Below are positions 26,646-36,500 of a stretch of 64,000 nt of DNA, piece after piece (within the stretch, counting starts at the first letter, position 1; every line of letters begins with the position of its first letter). Location: contig JBLDXI010000004.1 of NCBI GenBank assembly GCA_047495785.1, positions 2,883,462-2,947,461 on the forward strand, written 5' to 3'. The notes beneath the pieces are model-generated. The model was not told the origin of the DNA, searched no databases, and saw nothing but the letters and a program-made list of their open reading frames with translations. The stretch is from Lepidodermella squamata (taxonomy: Eukaryota > Animalia > Gastrotricha). Both the position numbers and the translations under genes were made by a program.

Positions 26646-28242
26646 TTTACCGGTGATCTACTTTCAGTTTGCCTCAGAAGTCCAAAAAACCTAAGAAACC
26701 GCACACTCCCAGGTTAAACGCTACGAGGGAAAAGCAGGGAAAAGTTATTTTTCCGCGGTGAAACTTATTCATTTTCCTATTGGAACAGTTGCTCAAATTT
26801 GCAGAACTTTTCACCGTTGATCTGCTCGCAGTTTACCTTAAAAGTGCCAGATATATATATAGGAAATTGCACACTTTAAACCCACTCCAAAGCTGAAAGG
26901 AAGAATGTGCGGCAATACTTTTGACGGCATTGTTAATCTATATCGTCGAGGATAATTTAGGTTAAATATCACAGAAATTGACCGCAGGTTATGCATGACT
27001 TCACCGTAAACACACCGTAAGATGCCATGTTTTCACCGTAGAAATGCCGTATTCTTGCCGTTTTTTCTGCCCGCGACACAGCAAAAATAACATGGCGCAT
27101 GAAAAATCGATAACGGTAGTACTTTTCCTATATTATCTATGCATGCTAATATAAGGCTCACCTCGTACGGTTTTTTATGAAACACCCTGTAGAAGCTCAT
27201 AATAGCATCGCAACAGTAAAAAAATCGAGTGCAATCAATTTATTAAAGTGTTAAAATAGAGGCATTTTTGTCGTAGGAAAAAGCGTGAGCAATTGATCGG
27301 CATGTGTCGGCTGACTCGGCCTGCCGAGCCTCAATAGGCAGTGATTCCACAGTTCGGGACCTCCGTAACCCAGACTGAGCATTTCTTGTTTTGTGTCGCA
27401 TTTAGGCTTGAACATAGGTTCGAAATTTCGAATCTCGTATCAGGGAGGCGGGTTCAGGCAATCTATCACGGACGCGAAACGCGGCTGATTTTTTGGCAAA
27501 CTGTATCGAATCACGACGCGTAACGAATTAGGCTCACTCACCTTACTGTTTTTCCAGTTATTATTAGGTTTCGAAGCAAAATTTAGTTGGCAAAATATCT
27601 ACTAATTCTCTACGAAAGTAATTTGGGGAAATAATCTTAAAACAGTTTCCATCCCCAGCAGCTCCAGGATCCATTATCGAAGATTGGTTACCGGCTTCGT
27701 ATTCCGGATGCATTCGGAAATAGGGAATACGTCGGGTGAAGTTTTCAAAATTCAAAAAATATCTCATGGTGCTGAAAAAAGTGACATTCGCGGCATTCGT
27801 CAACTTGTATGCGGCACCTAGCATTAACTAACTCAGATGGTTTCATACGAATTGCGATCGTCACGGGCGACACAGCTCCAGAAATTTGCTGCTGAAATGC
27901 AAAGAATTACGCATAGATGTCACAAAATAATCAGAGTTGCATCAACTGAGTTGAATTGATAATGATTTTATTCCTCTCCTTCCCTGCGACTGAGCGTCTG
28001 TACCCTTTAGAGTTTTGAGGAAGGCAAACCAAACCAAAAGAATCAGTCGCCCGCTCCCACGCCCCCATCGAGTTAAAATGTATATTTTAAATCTTGATGC
28101 TCAAAAACGAACTGCAATGTTTTTGCAAGCCTGTTTGGTTTATTCTACCGGTATTTTGTTGCAGCAACTCATCACGTATCATCAACATGTAAATAGGCAA
28201 CATGTAGTTTAAAAGCTAACGGCAGCGTCAATGCCTTGCCAC

Positions 28243-31200
28243 TCATTCAGCGTAGGTTTCGCATATCGCGTAAATCATCCAAGCGCCGCACGGAGAAAAC
28301 TCCATCTTAGAAGCACCTGCCAGCAGGTTCCCGCATCGATCTGGATAGTACCCATATACAATAAGGTCTGGATTGTATGTGAATGCCGAACCGTCCGACC
28401 ATTTGTAAACGCCGGAATATGGATCAAGACCCATCCATGCATTATCGTGTGGGGGTCCAACATTGTGAGCCTGGGCTATTTCGGCAGCCGTTTTACCAGT
28501 TGCCAATATGCTATCCAATTGCGAGCACTTTGCGGCTGCAGATGAATAATTAAAATAACCGCCGGGGTTATCAACCATGAACACAATCCTTCTAGCGTTT
28601 TGACACTGCCATTCGCCGCTGAACGTAACATTTGCAGGAAAGCGAATCTCAGTGTTGGCGTCACAGCCATTCGAGCTCGATCGGCAAGTTACTGAACCGT
28701 CGGCAGTTCGCAGGCACCGATGAGTAGCAATCTATCAAAATATGTTATCACTTAGTAAAAAGTCTGTTGTTTTTATGCCTCTTCATTCAAGTTAAAAAGC
28801 CGCTTTTTAATTGTCACCTATCACCTTGAAGCAGGTGCAGACAAGCCTAAATTCGAGTTATTCAACGTCGCTAACGATAAGTTTACTACGAAATACGAAA
28901 TCTTGGCTCGAAATAAACTCACATGGGGCGATATATCATTGACGCAATTGTTGTGGTTTAGCCGAAAGGTCCCCAAGTTCGAGAACAGCTTATCCTGTAA
29001 AGAAAAGCGGTTGATACCAGCTAAAACCATGCTTTTGGCTGAGCTCTACCTGAGTTTGACCTTGAGGACAAGCTGCGTAGCAAGATAGTCGGTTGGATGA
29101 ATCCTTGCACGAAACGGCATTCTGTTAAACGAGGGTAAACGAGAGAATAGAACTGATTTTAGTTAAATTGCTAAAACAGAAGAGCAACTTACTCCGAGCA
29201 GGCAAGCTGCACGGTTGATGTAAACTTTCGTCGAGTACTGCTGCGTTTCATTGCCAGGAAAACAGCCGGAGCTTTGCGGTCGGCAGTCGTTGAACCTTTT
29301 GGTCGTAGAATCAAAGCACCGAACATGCGGCTTTTCGCTGACCGGAACCGTGACTGTAATGTGAAACGGGAAATATCAGTAATTTTTCGCCCATGTTCGT
29401 ACCGATTTTTTTACTGGGAAAATCACTAACCTGTTCCATTGGTACATGACGTGAGAGTTGAATAAAGAGTCGATTCAGTGACCTAGAAAAACAAGAATCA
29501 GCGTTACACAGCAACACATCAGACGTTTCCACGTCGCTCACCCAGTTGTTAGGGCAGGAGAACGGATCCGGAACACAGGTCTTGATGACGCTGTTCGATG
29601 TGCAGCGCCTGAATTTCGAAGTCTGGAATGATACAAATAAAAAGCGTAATACGTAATGGCCTAGTTTCCATAATTCTAACCTCGAATACAGCTTTCCGTT
29701 TCTCACATTCGTTAAGGTTATATTTCAAGCTCAACGTTGGCTTCTGATCGTCGAACCAGAACGTCTTATTATATTATAATAGCATATATTATAACAAAAA
29801 TGAGAATGACAAAAAATAACAATAGCAAAAATAACAAACAACACTTCAACAGATAGATCTCTCCAGAGTTAATGTAGTTTAGATGACTGTGCAACAAATA
29901 AGGCACGCCATCACTTTATAGGCCACCTAACGCCCTTTCTGCCCTTTCTAATTTTAATTAATTTTAAAAATCGAAAAAGCCACAGGTGCCACTTTCAAAA
30001 ATTTTGGATTTCTGCGAATAAATACTGGAAACGGCCCTCTATCTAATGATATGAGATGAATATTGTGTTCTCTCACGGATAATTTGTTATAATTCGCGGA
30101 AAAAGCAGGGTATAATACCGACCGGATTTTTTGTTGAAATAACCACCCACCGGTTTGAACCGGTTTTTTTAATACACCTTTTTTCATTTGCATTTTCATA
30201 ATGTGCAAAACCAATTTCACAAAGGCGATGTTTGATCGCGTGTTCTCATATTTAAATTTGATTTTTTTTCTCATTATTTTCATTTTATTACTTGCGCTAC
30301 TTTTTTCGTTTCCATCATGGCTTCATCTGAAGTTTCTATAAATAACACTAGCGCGCACTTCTCGCCAGTTTCTCCAAAAACTGTCATTGTTGAAACAGCA
30401 AGGCGCATTACGCTGCGTTCACGCTCAACGGTGAAAACCCCAAATCTACAACAGCTTATCGAGAAAAAAGAGACTGAGAAAGCTAAACAAGCTGCTAAAC
30501 AAGCTGCTAAACAGAAGAAAAATCGCGATGCGGCAGTCAACAAGCGGCGCGGAAGGCCGATGAAGAACGCGGATAAAGACTCTGTTTTAGCGGCCGGTCC
30601 TCCACTGCCACTGCCGAATCTGTCCGGCTTTCCAACCTCATTTGGTGCGTCCTCATCATCGACTTTTCATACGCTAGCCACGGGAATGTCCGTTTCTCCC
30701 GATTCGGCAGGTACCTCAAACCAAGGTTCATTTGGTTCGTTTGTTTCCGCGCCGCCAAATTTGCCGCATGATACAACAGGATTTCAGGCCCCGAATGTGA
30801 CTTCAATGCAACTGTACTGTCAATCCTCGCGTGCAAAAAGACAATGGAACCCGTACGAGATAAGCCTTCTGGAATGGGTCATCTGGTACTGCAATTCACT
30901 GGGTGATAAACCTTCGGAGCAGATGGTCGATGACTTTATCGCTTGGTTCCGCAATACTGGTCGGGGCGATTTTTCAGCTTTGCTGCGCCGCAACTCTAGA
31001 GCGATTTCTTACAAAGCCAGCCAAGTCATCAGGGATCGCAAAAAAAATAAATAAAACTTGAATTTGAAGCGTTTAATTTGATGAAGAAGAAATAAATCAT
31101 TACTTCAGGTGTTTGCTCCTCACAGTTTTTATTCAACTTTTAATTCTCGCCAATTTCGAAATCGCAATTAATGTTTGATATTTAACCCATTATTGGTTCG

Positions 31201-33765
31201 CTCGCGATGCAGGCTGGTAGATAGTTTAGCACATGGCGATCGCAATTAGCCACAAGTTCAGGTGTAATAACTGCACGAAGATGCCTTTCAATGATTTCAC
31301 TCAAAAATTCACGACGGGTATTTTCTAGAACAGCGCCAACAACACGCGCAGCCTCGATAAGCTGGTAGTATTCCAGCCTACGCATAGCTAGTTCGTTTTT
31401 TATCGCAGCTTTTACAGCTGAAAAAACGTTTTCGATAGGGTTCAAAAACGGCGAATATGGTGGGAGAAATTTGAACTGATGCAGCTCCCACAGCGGAAAA
31501 TCGGCGTCAGGATAATGGCTTCTCAAATTGTCCAGAATAATGACAGCTTCGTTTTGATGGCCAATTCGCTCGCTAGTTTGCGTGGTAAACGTTGCGAATC
31601 GTTCAGCAGTCATGCCCCTTTCAGAAATTTCGTAGTAGACCAGCCCTCTAACAGGTGAAACTACCACCGCCACAGACATATTTTTGCCGGGAGAAGCTGT
31701 CGGCAGTAAAACATAGGCTCGCTGTCCTTTCGGCGCTCTGCCACGGCCGCGACGAGTCCAAAGCGAAACGCCAAATTCGTCTTGGTAGTAGTGAATTTGG
31801 CGATTCCGGATATCAGAGAACCAGAGCGCATATGCGGCTCGTTCCAAAATAACATCAGCCCGGTTGCGAGCAGCGGGATACGGGTGAAGACGTTTCATCG
31901 TAATTAGGGCGCCATCCAATTTTCTGTGGATCGTCGTGATCGAAAATTCTGCATTAAAATTTTGCAGCAGTCTCATCCTGAGATCCTCCAACGTCAGCTG
32001 GGAGTTTTCTTCGATTACCCCAACTAAATGTTCAGTAAACTGAGCTTCCCAACGGCGGGGAGCACCTCCTCGATGCTCAGCTTCAATGCGAGCATCGGTG
32101 CGATATGTGTTGATGATATTATACATGGTTCTGTTAGAAATTCCGAGAACCTTTGCAGCCGCATGAAAATCTTCGCCATTTTCGAAGGCAGTTACCAACC
32201 TTTCCCTGTCAATATTTGATGTCCTTTTGTACGCTCGCGGCATTTAAACGGATATCGAATGAATATTTTTTCAATGGAAAAAAATTTACTGATGTTATTT
32301 ACAACTCCAAGTGAAACGCTGATTTTATCGCTTTTACGGTCAATTTCCGGCAAATTCTCAATGAAAGATAGGAAAAATAGTGAAAAAATGAAAAAAATGA
32401 ATACGCAGAAAGAAATTGGCTCGTGCTAAGAAACCATTGTGAAATTTGTTTTGCACATTATGAAAATGCAAATGAAAAAAGGTGTATATGCAAAAATCAC
32501 TGAAATGTATTATTTGACATAGCCAAAGCTTGCTAGCATTTAGTCCTATAGAAATTTGGACTGCACCACGTGATTCTACGAGAAAAACTGCATAGTTTGA
32601 TGTATCACACGGCCATTTTTCTCACGCGGAACAACACAATTATTATGGTGCAATAAAGCAATAAAAAATTTGAAAAAACACAGTTATCTCCGGAAGTATG
32701 ATGGCTAGTAAAATGCTGAAAACCAACAGTTTTTTAGGGTTGTAATCGGGGTGGGGGATATTTTCGAGGTGTGGTATATTTATGATATACCAAAAAATTT
32801 GCAGAAAAAAGGTAAATACTGCTAACAACAAGTTTTCGTTTAATTGGACCGAAGCGTGAAAAAGAAGGATAACATCCGCTTTTGTTGATGATTTATCAGT
32901 TAGGTTTAGTTCTATATGATCGGAACACGATATCAGCCAAAAAATTAGTAGCATTTAATAAATATTTTGAAAATGATTGGCTGTAAAATTCAATATTACC
33001 CTCTCCTAACTTCGCTCTTTATCCCTCTATTGAGTTATAACACGTGTGTAACTTCTATTCTTAGGTCCAGCCCAAGCTAAGCAACAGGCTAATGGGGTGT
33101 TTATTTCGATTTTTTAGAAAATTGATAATGCGCTCTAATTTTTTTAAGTAATATGGGGTAGAATTTCGAGGTGCGGTATATTTGTGATCAAACGGTAATT
33201 TTTGTAGGGTTGTATTCGGGGTGCGGGATATTTTCGAGGTGCGGTATATTTTCGAGAAATACGGTAGATTGAAACTATTTTTTCAATTGCAATACTTTTC
33301 CTGGCATTTTCCCGAAAATCACCATTTAGAAGTTGTTGGTTATTGAAATGAGGCTTACATTCATATCACCAGGATTGTTACATCCTACGTTTCCGGGTAC
33401 GCAAAACGGTGTAATTGCCTCGTATTTGTAGCACATCCTGGCATTCTATAGATAAAACAGCAAAATTAAGAATTAATTTAGCAGCAAAGTTAACAGACCC
33501 CGGTGTTGCAGACCCCGGTTGTTCGGAAAACAGAGCCCAACTATACATGAAGAGAAAATTTAATTGGGTAGCTCTTCGAAGACATTTCATTGAGAAAAAC
33601 CTGATACTCGGCGAGTGGATCACAGCCATCCGCGGCTAGTACGCAGTTGGTGAAGCGGTTGTCGAACTGCGAGAAGCACCGAACCCAATTCAGCTGTTTG
33701 GCCAAGGTGTTGTCGCTTGACGCCAGCAGTAAGGCTAGCATCAGAGCACAGTGATATGAAACCAT
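28243..33765 (-). CDS. Gene B: secreted protein of ~434 aa, signal peptide + six 4-Cys repeats + one C-type lectin-like domain
   Basis: 10 exons in continuous frame with GT-AG ends: 33765-33601, 33540-33499, 33445-33359, 29764-29681, 29622-29542, 29482-29431, 29353-29193, 29121-29050, 28994-28923, 28731-28243. CTLD motifs AAAKC...LAT, AWMGL, YKWSDGS, RCG...SPC...YAICE. Confidence 0.88.
30317..31054 (+). CDS. Transposon accessory protein (245 aa): KQAA repeats, AT-hook, S/P/T-rich linker, C-terminal Myb/SANT-like helical domain
   Basis: Uninterrupted ORF inside the TIRs; KRRGRPMK AT-hook; KRQWNPYEISLL...RRNSRAISYKASQV; AATAAA just downstream. Confidence 0.75.
   Translation: MASSEVSINNTSAHFSPVSPKTVIVETARRITLRSRSTVKTPNLQQLIEKKETEKAKQAAKQAAKQKKNRDAAVNKRRGRPMKNADKDSVLAAGPPLPLPNLSGFPTSFGASSSSTFHTLATGMSVSPDSAGTSNQGSFGSFVSAPPNLPHDTTGFQAPNVTSMQLYCQSSRAKRQWNPYEISLLEWVIWYCNSLGDKPSEQMVDDFIAWFRNTGRGDFSALLRRNSRAISYKASQVIRDRKKNK
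31182..32243 (-). CDS. Tc1/IS630-family DDE transposase (353 aa)
   Basis: N-terminal HTH (AAKVLGISNRTMYNII; SITTIHRKL); catalytic YQDEFG, IILDN, LPPYSPFLNPIE; spacing DD32E. Confidence 0.95.
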   Translation of the reverse strand: MPRAYKRTSNIDRERLVTAFENGEDFHAAAKVLGISNRTMYNIINTYRTDARIEAEHRGGAPRRWEAQFTEHLVGVIEENSQLTLEDLRMRLLQNFNAEFSITTIHRKLDGALITMKRLHPYPAARNRADVILERAAYALWFSDIRNRQIHYYQDEFGVSLWTRRGRGRAPKGQRAYVLLPTASPGKNMSVAVVVSPVRGLVYYEISERGMTAERFATFTTQTSERIGHQNEAVIILDNLRSHYPDADFPLWELHQFKFLPPYSPFLNPIENVFSAVKAAIKNELAMRRLEYYQLIEAARVVGAVLENTRREFLSEIIERHLRAVITPELVANCDRHVLNYLPACIASEPIMG

Positions 33766-34269
33766 CTAATACGAGTGTGTTGACAGAGAAAAAAATCACG
33801 TTATAAATTTGTGAAAAATTTATCGAATGAAATGTGAATGACGGTGCGTTTCGTCGAGCTTGTTGTTTTTCATTTGGCGCTACTCCCCCCTGTGTTGCTA
33901 TCAAGCACGCTCCTGAGGTTGGCACGCGTTAAAAAGTGCTCAAGCGCTAATCAGGCCATGGTTGTTTATTATTTTGGCAACGAGAAACAGCAAAACAACT
34001 GGTCGCGTGCCAAAGAGTTCACTGCCGAGTCAGCTATTTTTAAATTAAAATAACGTGAAATCCCATTTTCATAAATTTAAAAGAAGGATGAAATTATCAG
34101 GGGCGATTTGATAATTGATTGAAAGAATAACAAAAATCAGCTCTAAAAACGCAAGAGTCAACGGAATCTTGTTGACTTCTTGCTCTCGCCGTTGTTCAAC
34201 GTTTATAAGTTTTGAATGCTTCACCGACGCAAATCGACGAAAAATAAACCTAAATAAGGATGAAATCTT

Positions 34270-34328
34270 TACTTTAATAATACTTTAATAATACTTTAAT
34301 AATAATAATACTTTAATAATACTTTAAT
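34270..34328 (+). repeat. (TACTTTAATAA)n / (TAA)n simple repeat at the LINE 5' junction
   Basis: tactttaataa tactttaataa tactttaataataataa tactttaataa tactttaat. Confidence 0.8.
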
Positions 34329-36500
34329 CGGCTTCATGTTCCCCTCTGCGACCGTAGCGAATTAAAAAAGATTTCTCTGTCTTCCGAGATGCGAGTCCTT
34401 CTTAAGCAGAAGCGAGTACTGGAGCGGGCGATCTGTGGACATGTTGACCCCGTTCTTGCTGCCGAACTGCGGCGTCTGGACGGTGCGTTCCGAGATGCGA
34501 AGGAGCGGCACGCCTTTCGTCGTGACGTGGCCAATCTGCGGCAGGTCGAAGCGCTATCTGGACAACTTCGTTACCGAGAAGCTTGGGTGCGCCTGCGCCA
34601 ACTTGACCGGCACCAGCAGCCCCGCACGTGCGGGCCCATGACGCTCCCTGACGGTAGTATCCTCCACCCGTCCGTGACTCTGGCCGACGAGCTACTCACC
34701 CACTTTATCGCCCCTATGTATCCCTACTGTGATCCGGCCGCCGATGCGACAACGCGTCAGCGGTGGCTCGAGCTGGAACATGCAATGGCCAATGACCCGG
34801 CCTTGCAGCCAGTCGGTGTGATTCGGCTTCCTGGGCCTCAGGACTTTAGCGTCAGCCAACGGATGCTAGCGCGTGAGATCGATCGGCTGCAGCCTTTCAA
34901 GGCACCTGGACTCGATGGCATCGGCAATGTCTACTACAAGTGGGGCGGTGTTCCCCTGCAGATTCACCTTAGGCGGCTGTACAACATGTGTCTCGGAAGT
35001 GGTTTCGCCTTGCCTGATTGGAAGGAAGCCGTGGCTGTGGCGGTGCCGAAGTCCGGTAAGCCAAGGGCTGCGGTGTCCTCGCAGCGGCCTATTTCGTTAC
35101 TCCCTACTGATGGCAAGATTCTCGAGGCAATCATCGCCCGCTGGGTGAGCCAGGTGCTGGAGGACCAACATCTATTGCCGGATAATCAATTCGCGTTTCG
35201 TGAGCACCGGTCTGCGGTGGACGTCCCTGTCCGCGTAGCCCACAGGGTGCACAAGGCTCGAGTGGATAAGCGCAAGGTGGTAGTTGTCGGCCTGGATGTC
35301 AAGGCCGCATACGACTCGGTATGGCATGCCGGTCTCGTCTACAAGCTTGGCCAGTTGCCCCTCCCGCGCAACCTGGTCGGATGGCTCGCCGACTATCTTC
35401 GAGATCGAAAGTTGCAAGCTCGCGTTGCGGGTTTTCTGAGCAGACAGGTCCAGCTGCAGTGCGGCGTGCCGCAAGGTTCCCCGCTGTCGCTCCTACTCTA
35501 TGTCATCTACACTAGCGATCTTCTCCGGACCCCCAGTGCCCCTGGCTGTGACTTGGATGCCTACGCTGATGACCTGACGGTTGTCGGTTCTGGTGCCTCG
35601 TTCCCCGAAGCTGAGATGTGTGCTCAGGCGGCAGTCGATCGCGTCGCCGCTTGGGCCTGCCTGTGGCGGCAGCAATTCAACGCCGCAAAGAGTGAGGTTG
35701 TCGCATTCTCCCGTCGTCCCCCCGGTGTGAGGCTCGTGCTTGGAGGCACTGTCATCCCGCAAGTCTCTGTACTTCGAATTCTGGGCATTCTGTTTGATGA
35801 GAAGTTGACCTGGAAGCCCCATATCGACCATGTGCTCCATCGCTTTGGGAAAAATCTGTCGTGGTTCCGATCGGTTGTTAGCCGGCCAGGGCTGTCCTTC
35901 CGGTGGCGCCGCACCGCATACCTGGCGCTCGTCCGTTCCATCGCCACCTTCGGCTTCGTTTCCTTTGCGTCTGCTGCGAAGACGCAGCTCCGCCGCCTAG
36001 ACGTGCTTCAGAATAACTGTCTGCGCGCCATTCTCCATGTCCGTCTCGATGATCGTGTTCGTGTTAGTGCGCTGGAGCAGCGCTGTCGCCTGCCCAGTCT
36101 GTCCTCGCACTTACAAGCCGTCCAGTGCCGCTATGCCGACAACGTCGTACGCTTTGTGTTGCCGCTTCGCGAAGACATCGAGAATGTTCGGCTTTCCGCG
36201 TCGCCGCCTGTGAAGTCGCCTGTCTTCCTTCTCAACGCTCGCCTGCCGCCCGGCCCGCTCCCTGTCCCACAATGCTAGTCTCTCTCCTCTTTCTTCTTCC
36301 CCTTCCTGCTTATTTCCTTGTTTCTTCCTCTCCCGTCCTCTACCTTCCGTCTCTGCTGTCCTACCACTAATCACTAGCCTTCTGTCTTCTGCTGTGTCTG
36401 ATAATTCCGCTCCTTGTGATAATTTCAGTATGTGCCCGTCCGGTGTTATGAGTGGCGCACTGTCCCGGACAAGCGCCTTTTCGTGATGTGCCTGCGCCTT
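34329..36500 (+). mobile_element. 5'-truncated GC-rich non-LTR retrotransposon (Jockey/I-group-like)
   Basis: Frame is open from the junction at 34329; pyrimidine-rich 3' UTR at 36280-36390; 3' end approximate; no TSD identified. Confidence 0.85.
34389..36278 (+). CDS. LINE ORF2 remainder: reverse transcriptase, with no endonuclease or RNase H seen
   Basis: KAPGLDGI, RPISLL, QFAFR, DVKAAYDSV, GVPQGSPLS, YADD, ILGILFD, LDVLQNNCLRAIL. Confidence 0.95.
   Translation: MRVLLKQKRVLERAICGHVDPVLAAELRRLDGAFRDAKERHAFRRDVANLRQVEALSGQLRYREAWVRLRQLDRHQQPRTCGPMTLPDGSILHPSVTLADELLTHFIAPMYPYCDPAADATTRQRWLELEHAMANDPALQPVGVIRLPGPQDFSVSQRMLAREIDRLQPFKAPGLDGIGNVYYKWGGVPLQIHLRRLYNMCLGSGFALPDWKEAVAVAVPKSGKPRAAVSSQRPISLLPTDGKILEAIIARWVSQVLEDQHLLPDNQFAFREHRSAVDVPVRVAHRVHKARVDKRKVVVVGLDVKAAYDSVWHAGLVYKLGQLPLPRNLVGWLADYLRDRKLQARVAGFLSRQVQLQCGVPQGSPLSLLLYVIYTSDLLRTPSAPGCDLDAYADDLTVVGSGASFPEAEMCAQAAVDRVAAWACLWRQQFNAAKSEVVAFSRRPPGVRLVLGGTVIPQVSVLRILGILFDEKLTWKPHIDHVLHRFGKNLSWFRSVVSRPGLSFRWRRTAYLALVRSIATFGFVSFASAAKTQLRRLDVLQNNCLRAILHVRLDDRVRVSALEQRCRLPSLSSHLQAVQCRYADNVVRFVLPLREDIENVRLSASPPVKSPVFLLNARLPPGPLPVPQC

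Larger units (their letters stand above)
30175..32484. mobile_element. Apparently intact 2.3-kb Tc1/IS630-type (Gambol-like) transposon with two convergent genes, in gene B intron 3
   Basis: ~48-bp near-identical TIRs (caccttttttcatttgcattttcataatgtgcaaaac.aatttcacaa), TA on both sides. Confidence 0.92.

Noticed and set aside
26720-27190. Complete mariner-type element ending at ...aaacaccctg-ta
   Set aside because: Only a right-hand TIR-like end found; no matching left TIR
30317-31054. Fanzor/TnpB-like RNA-guided nuclease next to the IS630-like transposase
   Set aside because: No RuvC motifs, no CxxC zinc ribbon, and it is too short and low-complexity
35172-36374. Several ORFs overlapping the RT
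   Set aside because: Shadow frames of GC-rich LINE coding sequence
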